A DNA stretch of 64,000 bases from an uncultured delta proteobacterium (GTDB lineage: Bacteria; Desulfobacterota; Desulfobacteria; Desulfobacterales; QNYZ01): contig CAWJQU010000004.1 of the NCBI GenBank assembly GCA_963845145.1, positions 96,001 through 160,000 on the forward strand. Reading direction: 5' to 3'. The notes beneath the pieces were generated by a model. That model saw only the letters and a list, made by a program, of their open reading frames with translations. It did no database searches and was not told where the DNA came from. The position numbers were made by a program, and so were the translations under genes. The stretch's first letter is position 1. Every line of letters starts with the position of its first letter. This document shows positions 20,227 through 30,896 of this stretch, piece after piece.

Positions 20227-21258
20227 GTGAATAATCAAACACCAGCCATGTTTTTCAAAACGCTTGACATGGACAAAGATGGTTTCCTATCACGTACCGA
20301 TCTTAACGATTCTGCCAAACGATTAGGGTGGTCATGGCATGAAGCACCGCTTTTAGCAGTCTTTGATCTTTTAAGCATTTCAAAACCGATCCCGAAGAGT
20401 GAATTCATCGCTTTTATCCACCAAATCTACAATGATCCGCTGGGGCCATATGGCAATATTTTACTAAAATCACCGCTTTTTTTCCAAAACGAACGGTTGA
20501 GATCCAACAGGATTCCGAATGACAAAATGGCCGGGGAAGATAATCCAAATCAATTTCAAAAAGAAGGGGACTCTGGCCACTCGGATTTCGAAAGTCTTAC
20601 CGAGATTCTGGGGGACGCTGCCGGTTCAGAGGCTGCGCTAAAATATCAGTCTCTGCTTGAAACCCTTGCAATTGCCCATATCCCTGCAGATGATGCTGCA
20701 CTAATAATTATAGACCCGCAGCGATCTTTTACTGAGGGTGCCTGGATGCATTCGATAGGGTACGGTGGGGAGATGGATGTTATTCCGATTCGGTCAGCGT
20801 TCGACAACTGTTCGGCTTTATTAAATCGATTTTACGGCCAAATGGAGGTCATGTTTACCCGCTGCCCATTTCCTGCAGACAGCTACGGATGGGCCGGGCG
20901 ATTAGCTGACATTATTGATCGGGACCAGCTCTATTTTATCAAGCCTGGCAATAGTGTCCTTGTTCCACACACCAATGGATTCAGGCAATGGGTCAACCGC
21001 TGCATAGATCACGGGAAAAAAACGCTGATAATGGGCGGCTGCACGCTCACCAGTTGTGTGCGGGTCTCTTCGATTGAAATATCAAGAAAATTTAAGGCCA
21101 GAAACCTTCAAGTCGTTGTTGATTTAAGCTTATCCGGCGCTCGAACTAAAAACTATATTCCCTCACCCATTTTTAACGATCTTTCGGCTGTCGAATCCGC
21201 TGTTGTTCAAATGTTGGATGAGGGCATTCAGGTTGTTAGGCAGATTGAGTGGAATTAG
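20227..21258 (+). CDS. EF-hand plus isochorismatase-like cysteine hydrolase
   Basis: DMDKDGFLSRTD loop; IIIDPQRSF, FIKPGN and GCTLTSCV give the Asp-Lys-Cys triad pattern. Confidence 0.7.
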   Translation: MNNQTPAMFFKTLDMDKDGFLSRTDLNDSAKRLGWSWHEAPLLAVFDLLSISKPIPKSEFIAFIHQIYNDPLGPYGNILLKSPLFFQNERLRSNRIPNDKMAGEDNPNQFQKEGDSGHSDFESLTEILGDAAGSEAALKYQSLLETLAIAHIPADDAALIIIDPQRSFTEGAWMHSIGYGGEMDVIPIRSAFDNCSALLNRFYGQMEVMFTRCPFPADSYGWAGRLADIIDRDQLYFIKPGNSVLVPHTNGFRQWVNRCIDHGKKTLIMGGCTLTSCVRVSSIEISRKFKARNLQVVVDLSLSGARTKNYIPSPIFNDLSAVESAVVQMLDEGIQVVRQIEWN

Positions 21259-21385
21259 TTGCATCGAGCCCCAATTTCAACAATAAAGGCGGCCGTGCCG
21301 ATGCAGGCATCGCGCCCTATTATCAGTGTGTTGAGGATCGTTTTGAAACCTTCGAGCAGCGGACGCCACCACGCTCCAATTGCAG

Positions 21386-22309
21386 CTACGCCGTTTCAGC
21401 CATCTGGCGAACCGACAAAACCGGACAGGGGGTGCGTCGGACGACCCGGTCCGTCGTCGAACCGATGAACAGCTTTTCCACAAGGCTATAACCCCGAGCA
21501 CCCAAAACGACCAGATCGATGTTGTGATGCCCAGCATAACGAGTCAATACTTTGTAGGCAAATCCCTCAAGCAGCGATATTCGGGGCTGGCACCAGTGAC
21601 GTGCTTCCTTGGGCACTAATAGTGACAGTTTTGTATTCAACTTATCCCTCAATGTCTCCATATTCACTGAGCTGATGGCAGAACCCGGCATATCAAGATC
21701 AACGTAAACCGGTGGCTCGATGACATGTACCAAGTGCAATTCGGCCTCAAATTCCTGGGCAATACTCAGCCCATACTGAAAAGCGGCTTGTGAGTCCGGT
21801 GAAAAATCGCACCCGACCAGAACCCGTGAAAATTTCAAATCCTCCTGGGCCAGTCGTTGGAATTTTTCCTCAGATCCCCCGACAATAAACAAGGGACAAG
21901 GCAATGTGCGCATTAATCGTTCGGTAACCGATCCAAGCAAAAACCGCTTGAGGCCGGACCGGCCGTGGGTAGCGGTAATTACGAGGTCCACATCCTTCTC
22001 CCGGCTCAGCCGCACGATTTCATCAGAGATATGGCCAATGGTAATCAAGGGCTCCCAATCCACTAAGGACCCACTCATCAATTTATCAAATGTCTCCGTA
22101 ACCTGGTCAATAATTTGTCTGGATGCTTTTCCGGATCTCTCCTCACCGGTATATCCGTAATAGGTGGCCACAGCTGGCAGGCCAATGACGTGGCCGGCAT
22201 ATAATTTGGCATCGAACTCCCGGGCTAATTTCGATCCATATACCAGTGTTAAATTGGAGAAATCAGACATATCCGTCATACATGCGATTTTCTTGAACTG
22301 TACTCTCAT
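21386..22309 (-). CDS. Tandem-domain universal stress protein
   Basis: Two USP domains: TDMSDFS...ATHGRSGLKRFLLGSVTERL and CDFSPDS...GARG...FIGSTTDRVVR. Confidence 0.92.
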   Translation of the reverse strand: MRVQFKKIACMTDMSDFSNLTLVYGSKLAREFDAKLYAGHVIGLPAVATYYGYTGEERSGKASRQIIDQVTETFDKLMSGSLVDWEPLITIGHISDEIVRLSREKDVDLVITATHGRSGLKRFLLGSVTERLMRTLPCPLFIVGGSEEKFQRLAQEDLKFSRVLVGCDFSPDSQAAFQYGLSIAQEFEAELHLVHVIEPPVYVDLDMPGSAISSVNMETLRDKLNTKLSLLVPKEARHWCQPRISLLEGFAYKVLTRYAGHHNIDLVVLGARGYSLVEKLFIGSTTDRVVRRTPCPVLSVRQMAETA

Positions 22310-22728
22310 ACGTCATCCCTCCTTTCTTTCAGCTTTAAACCCTTAAAAACGACTCACTTCGCTCAATTTGGGCATTGGGTCTAACATGTGTTCCTAATAT
22401 GAGATATCCGATCGGTAAACCCCCATAGGCGGATCATCTTTCCAGGTTAACAGGGCTAGCAGTTTAAGGATGGTTATCAAAAGTATTTCAACGTCGACAG
22501 GGTCGGCAACTCACTGAAATATTCTATATGAACGGTCGTACAGCAGGAAGGATTAATATTTATAAATATGATACAGTATTCATCGGTCGTTGTCAATTTT
22601 TTGGATAAGATCCGAAGAGAGCATCGGGCGACATATAAATGATACAACAAAAAGCCCTGACGATCCCACGCACCCAAGCCATGCGTCTAGCTTGACTACT
22701 CTTTCATAAAGGCATACCTGAAGAAAAC

Positions 22729-23004
22729 ATGCATGATAATTCACGCATTTTAGCTCAAATCAGTAACCAACTTTTTCAAACGCTGGCCCGGGTATTTCCG
22801 GTAACATCGACCTCTGATGAGTTGCATGAATTCCCACAGATTGTGCCGGAAAACCCGTGCTGGGAGCACTGGGGTTGTTCTTCGAAAGACTACATTGATG
22901 ACATGGGCCAAAAACTAACCAGCTGGAAAAACCAACTGGCAATCATTTTCGGAGATGCTGCCGATAGTGACCTAATGAAAAATGGGTTGTCAGTGACCCC
23001 GTGA
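22729..23004 (+). pseudogene. Short ORF, possibly a truncated N-terminus of a larger protein (DUF885-like by recollection only)
   Basis: LFQTLARVFPVTSTSDELHEFPQ..W..W pattern looks like a protein N-terminus; 91 aa; unverified. Confidence 0.25.
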
Positions 23005-23052
23005 TATCTTGCCAATTAAGATAATTAACAAATTTTTGAAAGATTAAGAGAT

Positions 23053-24304
23053 ATGGTATCAACGCTTCTTTCCTTCGGGGCCCTTTTTACATCTGCCCTG
23101 TTTTTTTTGATGGGCGGTGGCGTGTTGAACACACTACTTAGCCTGCGCATGACTCAGATGGGATTTTCAACCCCGATAATCGGATTCACCCTGGCATGTT
23201 ATTTTCTGGGTCTAGTGTTGGGATATTTTTTATGCCACCACTTAATTTTTCGGGTTGGGCACATTCGATCCTTTGCCGTATTTGCTGCAGCTACCACAAT
23301 AATCATTATTTTACATGGACTCTATATATCACCCATTATCTGGGCAATTCTCAGGTTTTTTAGCGGAATTGCCAATTTCGGCTTATTTATGGTCATTGAG
23401 AGCTGGTTGAACGAGTGCACTGAAAACCAAACCCGGGGACGAGTTTTTTCCATCTATATGACCTTAACGTATATGGGAATCGGTATTGGGCAGCAGATTC
23501 TCAACTTTGGGGATGTCGGTGGGCAGGATTTGTTCTTGGTTGCGGCCCTTCTTTTTTCTTTGAGCCTGATCCCGGTATCCACTACACAATCCATTCATCC
23601 TGATTTGCCACAGCCGACCAGATACACTTTTAAGGCGCTTTTCGAGATAGTACCTCATCGGCATGCTAGGATGCTTTGCAGCCGGTCTGGTAAACAGCGC
23701 TTTTTTTTCGATGGCGCCGGTTTTCGGAACAAAAATCGGACTATCTGTCCTCCAATTGTCATGGCTAATGACAACAACCGTTATCGGCGGTTTCGCCGTG
23801 CAATGGATAATCGGAATCGTCTCCGATCGATTTGACCGGACAATTATATTGATTATCGTCCCTTGTCTGGTCGCATTATTCAGTGTGGTCATCATGACCA
23901 ACAAAGAAACTTCCTACCATCGGCTTCTTATTGAAATGGCCTTTTTCGGTGGACTTATATTTGCGGTTTACCCGGTAGCCGTTGCACGGGCAAATGATGT
24001 TTTCGAAGGTAAGGATGCGGTGGGAGTTAGCTCCGCTCTATTACTCTGTTACAGCATTGGTGCTGTTTTCGGACCTATACTATCATCAATCATAATGACA
24101 TTGATGAACACCCCTTATGGATTATATGTGTACTGGTCACTGGTCAGCGGTATATTTGCTGTAATTACCATTTATTTCAAACATAAAGAAAGAATCACAA
24201 TTATTGAGCCGGCAGATCAGGTTGATTTTATGCCCATGCAAAAGACATCATCCGTCGCAAGTACGATGGACCCCCGGACTGATGCTCAAGAAGCTATTAA
24301 TTGA
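23053..24304 (+). pseudogene. MFS transporter (YcaD-like) split by a +1 frameshift
   Basis: N-half (RVGHIRSF, VIESWLNE) and C-half (IVSDRFDR, YPVAVARAND) join as FEIVP-IGMLG if one base near C23656 is removed. Confidence 0.85.
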
Positions 24305-24571
24305 ATTCTGCCGTCTATACAACATGAGCCAAGGACTACAGAATAGTACATTTTGACTTCATATCATAACCCTCCCAAGACCATTGATAAGAGAATGAAA
24401 ATCACATACCCGTAAATATAAATACCAATTGGGTTCTTATGCTATCATGGCTAAATGTGCGACTGGTTGTATATTGATTGCAAAAATCAGTCATTTAGCC
24501 TATACACTGGCACTTATAAATCATACGTCTGTGCGGCTGGTGCTCAAAAGATCTGGTTCCTCATTTTTTGA

Positions 24572-25597
24572 TTGCATTCTAATAAGGGCATATTTTCTTC
24601 CAGTCGTCCCTTTTCGATCAAATCGCAACTTGGTCCATACATAAAGGGTATATGCCTCTTGGTTTCATGTCACATTGAATACGATAAAGAGTTTGTGCTC
24701 GTGGTCGATGATGAGGAAATCATAAGTGATCCCATTGTACAGATGCTTAGGCATCTCGGTTTTCAGGCCGAATCAGCAAGTAATGGTAACGATGCATTAA
24801 AGGCCCTAAAAGAAAAGCGATATACCTTTTTGTTAACTGATATTAAAATGCCTCAGATGAAAGGTTTGGAGTTGATCAGGCGGGCGAGGGATGAATGTCC
24901 GCATGTGTTGACAATCGCTATGACGGGCTATCCCGAGGATTACAGCTATGTCGATGTCATTGAGTATGGTGCCTGCGATTTTATCACCAAGCCTTTTCAA
25001 TTGCCAGAGCTTGAAGCTAGAATCAGAAGGATCATAATTGAACGAAACACTCAACAAGAACTTAAACGATTGTCAACCACGGATTCATTGACAGGACTTT
25101 ACAACCAAAGACATTTCCATGATCGGCTCTGGGCTGAAGTTGAACGCGCAGAACGACAGACGGAACCGCTCGGTTTAATCTTTCTCGATTTGGATGATTT
25201 TAAAAAATATAATGATACTCACGGCCACTTAGAAGGAGACAAGTTACTGGAAAAGGTTGGCAGCATAATAAACACCAAGATCCGTCAAGGTGTGGATTCT
25301 GGCTATCGATATGGAGGGGATGAATTCGCCATCATTTTGATCGACGCAGACCCTGATATTATTCGAGCTATCCGAAAACGAATAGAAACATCTATCAATG
25401 AGGAATGCAATTTGAGTGTAAGTATTGGAAGTGCAAAGTTCACACATGGTTTAGGCCCGGAAGAATTTCTAACGAAAGCTGACAACCGTCTTTATGAAGC
25501 TAAGGCTATAAAAAATCGAGAAAGATCGAATACCCGGTTCGAGTGGAGCAAACGCACGCAGAACCTTTCACTAATTTGGAAATCAAAGATCAACTGA
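24572..25597 (+). CDS. Response-regulator diguanylate cyclase (REC-GGDEF); true start probably further downstream
   Basis: VLVVDDE, LLTDIKMP, FITKPF; TDSLTGLYN, DLDDFKKYNDTHGH, RYGGDEF. Confidence 0.9.
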   Translation: MHSNKGIFSSSRPFSIKSQLGPYIKGICLLVSCHIEYDKEFVLVVDDEEIISDPIVQMLRHLGFQAESASNGNDALKALKEKRYTFLLTDIKMPQMKGLELIRRARDECPHVLTIAMTGYPEDYSYVDVIEYGACDFITKPFQLPELEARIRRIIIERNTQQELKRLSTTDSLTGLYNQRHFHDRLWAEVERAERQTEPLGLIFLDLDDFKKYNDTHGHLEGDKLLEKVGSIINTKIRQGVDSGYRYGGDEFAIILIDADPDIIRAIRKRIETSINEECNLSVSIGSAKFTHGLGPEEFLTKADNRLYEAKAIKNRERSNTRFEWSKRTQNLSLIWKSKIN

Positions 25598-25920
25598 ACA
25601 CGTGTAATCGTAATAATTTTAGTAAGAATTTAAACATTTAGTTTTTTAGATTGGGTAATTACCAATACACTCTTTTCTGAGCCATATTCTTTTTTGAGCT
25701 AAGTGCCTCCATCCATCATTTCAATCAATTGTTAATTTGGAAATCCAATTAAAAAATGACGTACTCTGCACCAATCTCTTGAGCGCTAAGGCTTTCGAAA
25801 ATACTCGACGTATCCAATGGGTATGCACCCCAAGGGCATTTCCTGCGGGGCATCTCTGTTTTTTTAAGGTCTTACCATCTCAAAATGTTGGCATTTAGCT
25901 TCGCAAAAAATGGGGGAGGG

Positions 25921-26042
25921 TTGACATGGAAATTATGATGAATTATATATTGACTGACCGGTCGGTTTTTTTCAAATATCAACCGTTATGTATTGCACAA
26001 TTATATGAAATTTATATATTAATCTACCGACTGTTCAGTCAA
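25921..26042 (+). promoter_or_regulatory. Promoter region with two putative TetR operators
   Basis: TTGACA at 25921 with an AT-rich -10 region; near-palindromes ACTGACCGGTCGGT (25953-25966) and ACCGACTGTTCAGT (26026-26039) are inverted copies of each other. Confidence 0.65.
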
Positions 26043-26059
26043 ATATTAAGGATAAGGCT

Positions 26060-26680
26060 ATGTCAAAAGCGATGACATTTGAGGAAAAAAAGACACGGAT
26101 TATTAAAGCGGCATCCCGCGTGTTTGCCCGCAAGGGCTTTGCCGGTACGCTGATATCCGAAGTTGCGGGAGAGGCGGGAATCGGTAAGGGAACGGTCTAC
26201 GAGTATTTTAAAAGTAAGGAAGATCTGTTTTTTGCCGTCTTCGAATGGCTTTCTAATCAGAGCAATGAAGCCGTGAAAATCGATATCGCCGCGTTACGGG
26301 GAACGGCAGCGGAGCGTCTGGTCGTCATGAATGATTCGGTCATGAAAGCATGGATGAATGAGATGGATAATTTTGCCCTGGTCATGGAGTTCTGGGCGGC
26401 TTCTGCCTCTTCCACCATCCGTAACCGGTTTAAAGACGCCTTCAAAGTCACCTATGAGCAGTTCCGATATGTGGTGGGCGGGTTGATTCGAGATGGAATA
26501 GCTGGTGGCGAGTTCAGGCCCGATGTAGATCCGGATGCGGTGGCGGCATCCCTCGTGGGGACCTGGGATGCACTGCTGTTGCAGAGATGGTTCGAATCCA
26601 TCGAAGATCCACTGGCCTATTCTCGCGAATTTTTGAAAATCGTTTTAAGCGGTCTTTCAAAAAAAGTGGAAATAAATTGA
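26060..26680 (+). CDS. TetR/AcrR family transcriptional regulator
   Basis: IIKAASRVFARKGF...EAGIGKGTVYEYFKSKEDL helix-turn-helix. Confidence 0.95.
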   Translation: MSKAMTFEEKKTRIIKAASRVFARKGFAGTLISEVAGEAGIGKGTVYEYFKSKEDLFFAVFEWLSNQSNEAVKIDIAALRGTAAERLVVMNDSVMKAWMNEMDNFALVMEFWAASASSTIRNRFKDAFKVTYEQFRYVVGGLIRDGIAGGEFRPDVDPDAVAASLVGTWDALLLQRWFESIEDPLAYSREFLKIVLSGLSKKVEIN

Positions 26681-26734
26681 GTGTCTTCAATAAACCGATT
26701 TTTACGCTTTCAACAACTACGTCGGGGGAAAACC

Positions 26735-27496
26735 ATGAAATATAAAATATGTGGATGGGGTATCGCTGCAATTTTCATCATATTTACCGGTACGGCCATG
26801 GCCGAGAGCCCCAGTGCGGATCAGTTGGTTAAGGCCGGGTTTGAATATTACCGGGGAAAAGCTTCGGAATCCGTCGTCCAAATGGTCATTCACCGTCCGG
26901 ACTGGAACCGGGAAATGACGATGGCGGCGTGGACACAGGGAGACGCCGACAGCCTGATCCGGATTGAATCCCCGGCCAAAGATAAAGGCAACGGCACATT
27001 AAAAAAGGGAAAAGAGATGTGGATGTTCAACCCTAAGGTGAACCGGGTGATAAAACTCCCGCCGTCCATGATGTCCCAATCCTGGATGGGGTCGGATTTT
27101 TCCAATGATGATCTGGCAAAAACGGATAGCATTTTAAACGACTACACCCACACCATTGAGAGAACCGAAGAGATAAACGGTAAGCGCGTGTACTGGATAA
27201 AATCCATGCCCAAGCCCGACGCACCGGTTATCTGGGGTATGCAAAAATTAGCGGTGCGCGAAGACCATATTCTTCTGGCGCAGGCGTTCTATGATGAGGA
27301 CCTGGCGCTGGTGAAATCCATGAAGTGTTATGATATCAAAATGATGGATGACCGGCTGTTTCCGGTAAAATGGCGGATGGAAAAGGCTGATAGCGGCGAT
27401 AGTTATACTGAGCTGATATATAACAAGATAAGGTTCCTGGCATCGCTGCCGAGCAACGTGTTCACCGTTTCCAACCTGAAAAACCCGAGGAGATAA
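26735..27496 (+). CDS. Periplasmic LolA-like outer-membrane lipoprotein-sorting protein
   Basis: Signal peptide ending TAMA; SPAKDKGNGTLK, SWMGSDFSNDDL. Start moved to ATG at 26735. Confidence 0.8.
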   Translation: MKYKICGWGIAAIFIIFTGTAMAESPSADQLVKAGFEYYRGKASESVVQMVIHRPDWNREMTMAAWTQGDADSLIRIESPAKDKGNGTLKKGKEMWMFNPKVNRVIKLPPSMMSQSWMGSDFSNDDLAKTDSILNDYTHTIERTEEINGKRVYWIKSMPKPDAPVIWGMQKLAVREDHILLAQAFYDEDLALVKSMKCYDIKMMDDRLFPVKWRMEKADSGDSYTELIYNKIRFLASLPSNVFTVSNLKNPRR

Positions 27497-27499
27497 TCG

Positions 27500-28774
27500 A
27501 TGTTCTCCATCGAACTCAAAATGGCCTGGCGCAATATCTGGCGAAATCCGCGCCGGACGATCCTGACTTCCTTGGCGATCTGTTTTGCCTGCGTCCTGTT
27601 GATCTTCATGTTGTCATTCCAGTTTGGGAGCTATGCGACAATGATCAACGCATCGGTGAAGATACACACCGGCCACCTGCAGATCCAGGCATCCGGGTAT
27701 CATGAGAAAAAGCGCATGCGGATGGTTGTGCCAAAACCCGAGAAAGTGGCATCCATTATCGAAACTATTGAAGAGGTGGACGCCTTCACCTTGCGTGCCA
27801 ATGCATTTTCATTGGTATCTTCGAAAAACCGGACTTACGGTGCGCTGGTGCTGGGAATAGATCCTACCAGGGAGTTACGGGTATCCACTTTGAAACGTAC
27901 CACTATCGAGGGAGCGTATTTTCCGGAAACGCTGATGGTATCAGAACTAGTACCGACGGCATCTGAGCTAGTACCGGCCATGGTAGGCCATTTATTGGCA
28001 AAAAATCTTGGCCTTTCCGTGGGGGATGAACTCACCATCATGGGGCAGGGACGTGACGGGTCGGTAGCGGCCACCGTGGCAACGGTAATCGGTAAATACA
28101 AATCCGGCCTGGATGATTTCGATCGAAATACCGTTCAAATTCCCTTGAAACAATTCCAGGAAATATATGCCATGGGCGAGGCGGTTCATGAAGTGGTTGT
28201 TATCGGGAACACCCTGAAAAACGTGCCTCGGATTAAAAAAGCCGTGGTTGAGGGCATCGCGAAACAATACCCGGAAGCCGACCTGGCCGTTCTGGACTGG
28301 GAGGCCCTGGTGCCGGGGTTGAGGCAGGCGATCTCCATGGATCTGGTCATGGGTGTCATCATGTATTTTATCCTGGTTATTGTGGTGGCATTCAGCATCC
28401 TCAATACCTTCCTGATGGCCATATTCGAACGGACCCATGAATTCGGCGTACTCATGGCCATCGGCACGAAGCCGGGCCGGTTGACCAAGGTGCTGATCGC
28501 TGAATCGGCCATGCTCACATTTCTCGGTATAATCTCCGGGATGATTACCGGTATACTGATCACGCTCTATTTCCAGTCTACGGGTGTGGATGTCTCCGGC
28601 TCGTCCGAACTACTCAGTCAGTACGGCATTTCAGGGAAAATTTATCCGCGGCTATCGTGGTTTACCATGCTTGCCGGGCCTTTTGCTGTATTCGTCATCA
28701 CCTTTCTATCGGCCCTGTATCCGGCTCTCAAAATTCGTAAGATGAAACCAATAGAAGCGATGAGCCATGTATGA
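27500..28774 (+). CDS. ABC transporter permease (FtsX/LolE/MacB-like)
   Basis: AWRNIWRNPRRT, FERTHEFGVLMAIG, YPALK...PIEAM. Confidence 0.9.
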   Translation: MFSIELKMAWRNIWRNPRRTILTSLAICFACVLLIFMLSFQFGSYATMINASVKIHTGHLQIQASGYHEKKRMRMVVPKPEKVASIIETIEEVDAFTLRANAFSLVSSKNRTYGALVLGIDPTRELRVSTLKRTTIEGAYFPETLMVSELVPTASELVPAMVGHLLAKNLGLSVGDELTIMGQGRDGSVAATVATVIGKYKSGLDDFDRNTVQIPLKQFQEIYAMGEAVHEVVVIGNTLKNVPRIKKAVVEGIAKQYPEADLAVLDWEALVPGLRQAISMDLVMGVIMYFILVIVVAFSILNTFLMAIFERTHEFGVLMAIGTKPGRLTKVLIAESAMLTFLGIISGMITGILITLYFQSTGVDVSGSSELLSQYGISGKIYPRLSWFTMLAGPFAVFVITFLSALYPALKIRKMKPIEAMSHV

Positions 28775-28840
28775 CGAGTGTATAGCGAGTTAAATCATGA
28801 CAAGATAGCGGGCGTTTAGAAAAGCGCATAGAGGAAAAAG

Positions 28841-30067
28841 ATGGACATCAAAATAGCCTGGCGCAACATCTGGCGAAACCCCCGAAGAACGGCGGTCATT
28901 CTCATTGCCGTAATCATCGGTATCTGGAGTATGGTATTTCTCGGCGGCCTGATGCGAGGGATTGAGGCGGGGATGATCGAAAATGGGATCTCCACATTAA
29001 CCGGAGATATCCAGATCCATAAAAAAGGGTTTCGCGACGACCCGGTTATCGAAAACAGTATGGATAATCCTGATCGGGTGCGGACCGTCCTTTCCCGGGT
29101 ATTGCCGCCTGAGGCTCACAGTGCTTTTCGTATCCGCTTGGATGCCGTCGCGAGCAATGCCCGGCATTCCACCGGGGTAACGCTGGTGGGGATAGACCCG
29201 CCGGACGAAGCCAAAGTATCGTTCATTGGCGATGCGGTGACGGAGGGCACTTATCTGGCAAAGACGGATACCAATGGTATCCTGGTTGGCAAAGAACTCC
29301 TGGAGACCTTTGAGACCAAATTGGGACGGAAAATTATTCTCATGGCCCAGGACACTACAGGGGAAGTGGCCTCAAAAGCCTTTCGCATTGTTGGCGTGTT
29401 CCAGGCGGAGATGAAAGCAACGGAAAAACAATTTGTCTTTGTCACCAGAAGAGCCGCCCAAAAGATGCTTCGGTTTGGGAACCGGGTGTCGGAGGTATCG
29501 GTAGTGCTGCCCGCGCATAAAAAAAGTCGTTCGGTGGCGGCATCATTACAAAATGAACTGGGCGATACAGGCGCGTTTGAAGTAAACAACTGGCGGGAGC
29601 TTCTTCCGGTTTTAAATGCTTATCTGGAGATGTCCAGCGCGATTATTTTTATCTGGTATGTGGTGGTGTTTATCGCCATGGGGTTCGGCCTGACCAACAC
29701 GACCCTGATGGCGGTTTTTGAACGCATGCGGGAATTCGGATTGCTCAAGGCGCTGGGTATGCGCCCCATTCGTATCATTCGCCAGGTATTGATAGAATCC
29801 AGTATCATTTTGTTGATCGGTATGGTCATCGGAAATTTTTTGGGCATACTCAGTATACTCCTTTTGAAAAATACGGGAATTGATCTGTCGAGCCTGGCGG
29901 CCGGTGTCGAATATGCCGGCATGTCGAGAATAATATATCCCGTGCTGCTGAGCGCTGATGTCGTTATATCCAACTTGGTGGTATTTCTACTGGGCGCCAT
30001 CGTCAGCCTCTACCCGGCGACCAAGGCGGCGCGGTTTACGCCGATTCAAGCGATGGCGCATACCTAA
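28841..30067 (+). CDS. ABC transporter permease (FtsX/LolE/MacB-like)
   Basis: AWRNIWRNPRRT, FERMREFGLLKALG, YPATKAARFTP. Confidence 0.9.
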   Translation: MDIKIAWRNIWRNPRRTAVILIAVIIGIWSMVFLGGLMRGIEAGMIENGISTLTGDIQIHKKGFRDDPVIENSMDNPDRVRTVLSRVLPPEAHSAFRIRLDAVASNARHSTGVTLVGIDPPDEAKVSFIGDAVTEGTYLAKTDTNGILVGKELLETFETKLGRKIILMAQDTTGEVASKAFRIVGVFQAEMKATEKQFVFVTRRAAQKMLRFGNRVSEVSVVLPAHKKSRSVAASLQNELGDTGAFEVNNWRELLPVLNAYLEMSSAIIFIWYVVVFIAMGFGLTNTTLMAVFERMREFGLLKALGMRPIRIIRQVLIESSIILLIGMVIGNFLGILSILLLKNTGIDLSSLAAGVEYAGMSRIIYPVLLSADVVISNLVVFLLGAIVSLYPATKAARFTPIQAMAHT

Positions 30068-30213
30068 TGTTGATACCTGGTTGCTGATGCTTGGGTGTTG
30101 ATACTCGAGGTAGTAACTGGGAGACAATTTTGGGGAGCTATGATCAAAAACCTACCCGTTCAAATGGATGCTGTCAGAGTAAAAGAACCAAATCGGATTG
30201 TCGGAGAATGAAT

Positions 30214-30894
30214 ATGAAGAGTCCCATTGTTGAGTGCAGAGGTATTGAAAAGAAGTACATGCAGGGTAAAGTTGAGGTGACCGCGCTGAAACAGGTCGAC
30301 CTTGATATCGAAAAAGGGGGATTTGTCGCGCTGGCCGGCCCTTCCGGCTCAGGCAAAACCACTTTGTTGAATCTTATCGGAGGCCTGGACACAGCCAATG
30401 CCGGAACAGTGGTGGTGAACGGAAAGGATTTTTCAAAACTCAGTGCATCCGGGTTGGCCGAATTGAGACTGCATGAAATTGGGTTTGTATTTCAGGCGTA
30501 CAATCTGATTCCGGTCCTTTCCGCCCAGGAAAATGTGGAGTATGTCATGCTTCTGCAGGGGGTAAGTGCCGTTGAACGCCGGGAACGATCAAGGGCGATT
30601 TTAGACGAGGTTGGCCTTGCCGATAAATACGACCGGAGACCTTCGGAACTATCCGGGGGGCAGCAGCAACGGGTTGCTGTGGCGCGTGCCATTGTCTCCG
30701 ATCCTTCCATTGTGCTTGCCGATGAACCCACCGCCAACCTGGATTCCAAAACCGGGGAAAGCCTTCTAATGATAATGAAAAAGATGAATGAAAATAAGAA
30801 GGTGACATTTATCTTCTCTACCCATGACAAGATGGTCATGGATTGCGCCGAGCGGCTGGTCATGATTCAGGATGGAAGGATTGTTGAATATTAA
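30214..30894 (+). CDS. ABC ATPase (LolD/MacB-like)
   Basis: GPSGSGKTT, LSGGQQQRVAVARA, LADEPTANLD. SD GGAG before ATG at 30214. Confidence 0.93.
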   Translation: MKSPIVECRGIEKKYMQGKVEVTALKQVDLDIEKGGFVALAGPSGSGKTTLLNLIGGLDTANAGTVVVNGKDFSKLSASGLAELRLHEIGFVFQAYNLIPVLSAQENVEYVMLLQGVSAVERRERSRAILDEVGLADKYDRRPSELSGGQQQRVAVARAIVSDPSIVLADEPTANLDSKTGESLLMIMKKMNENKKVTFIFSTHDKMVMDCAERLVMIQDGRIVEY

Positions 30895-30896
30895 AA

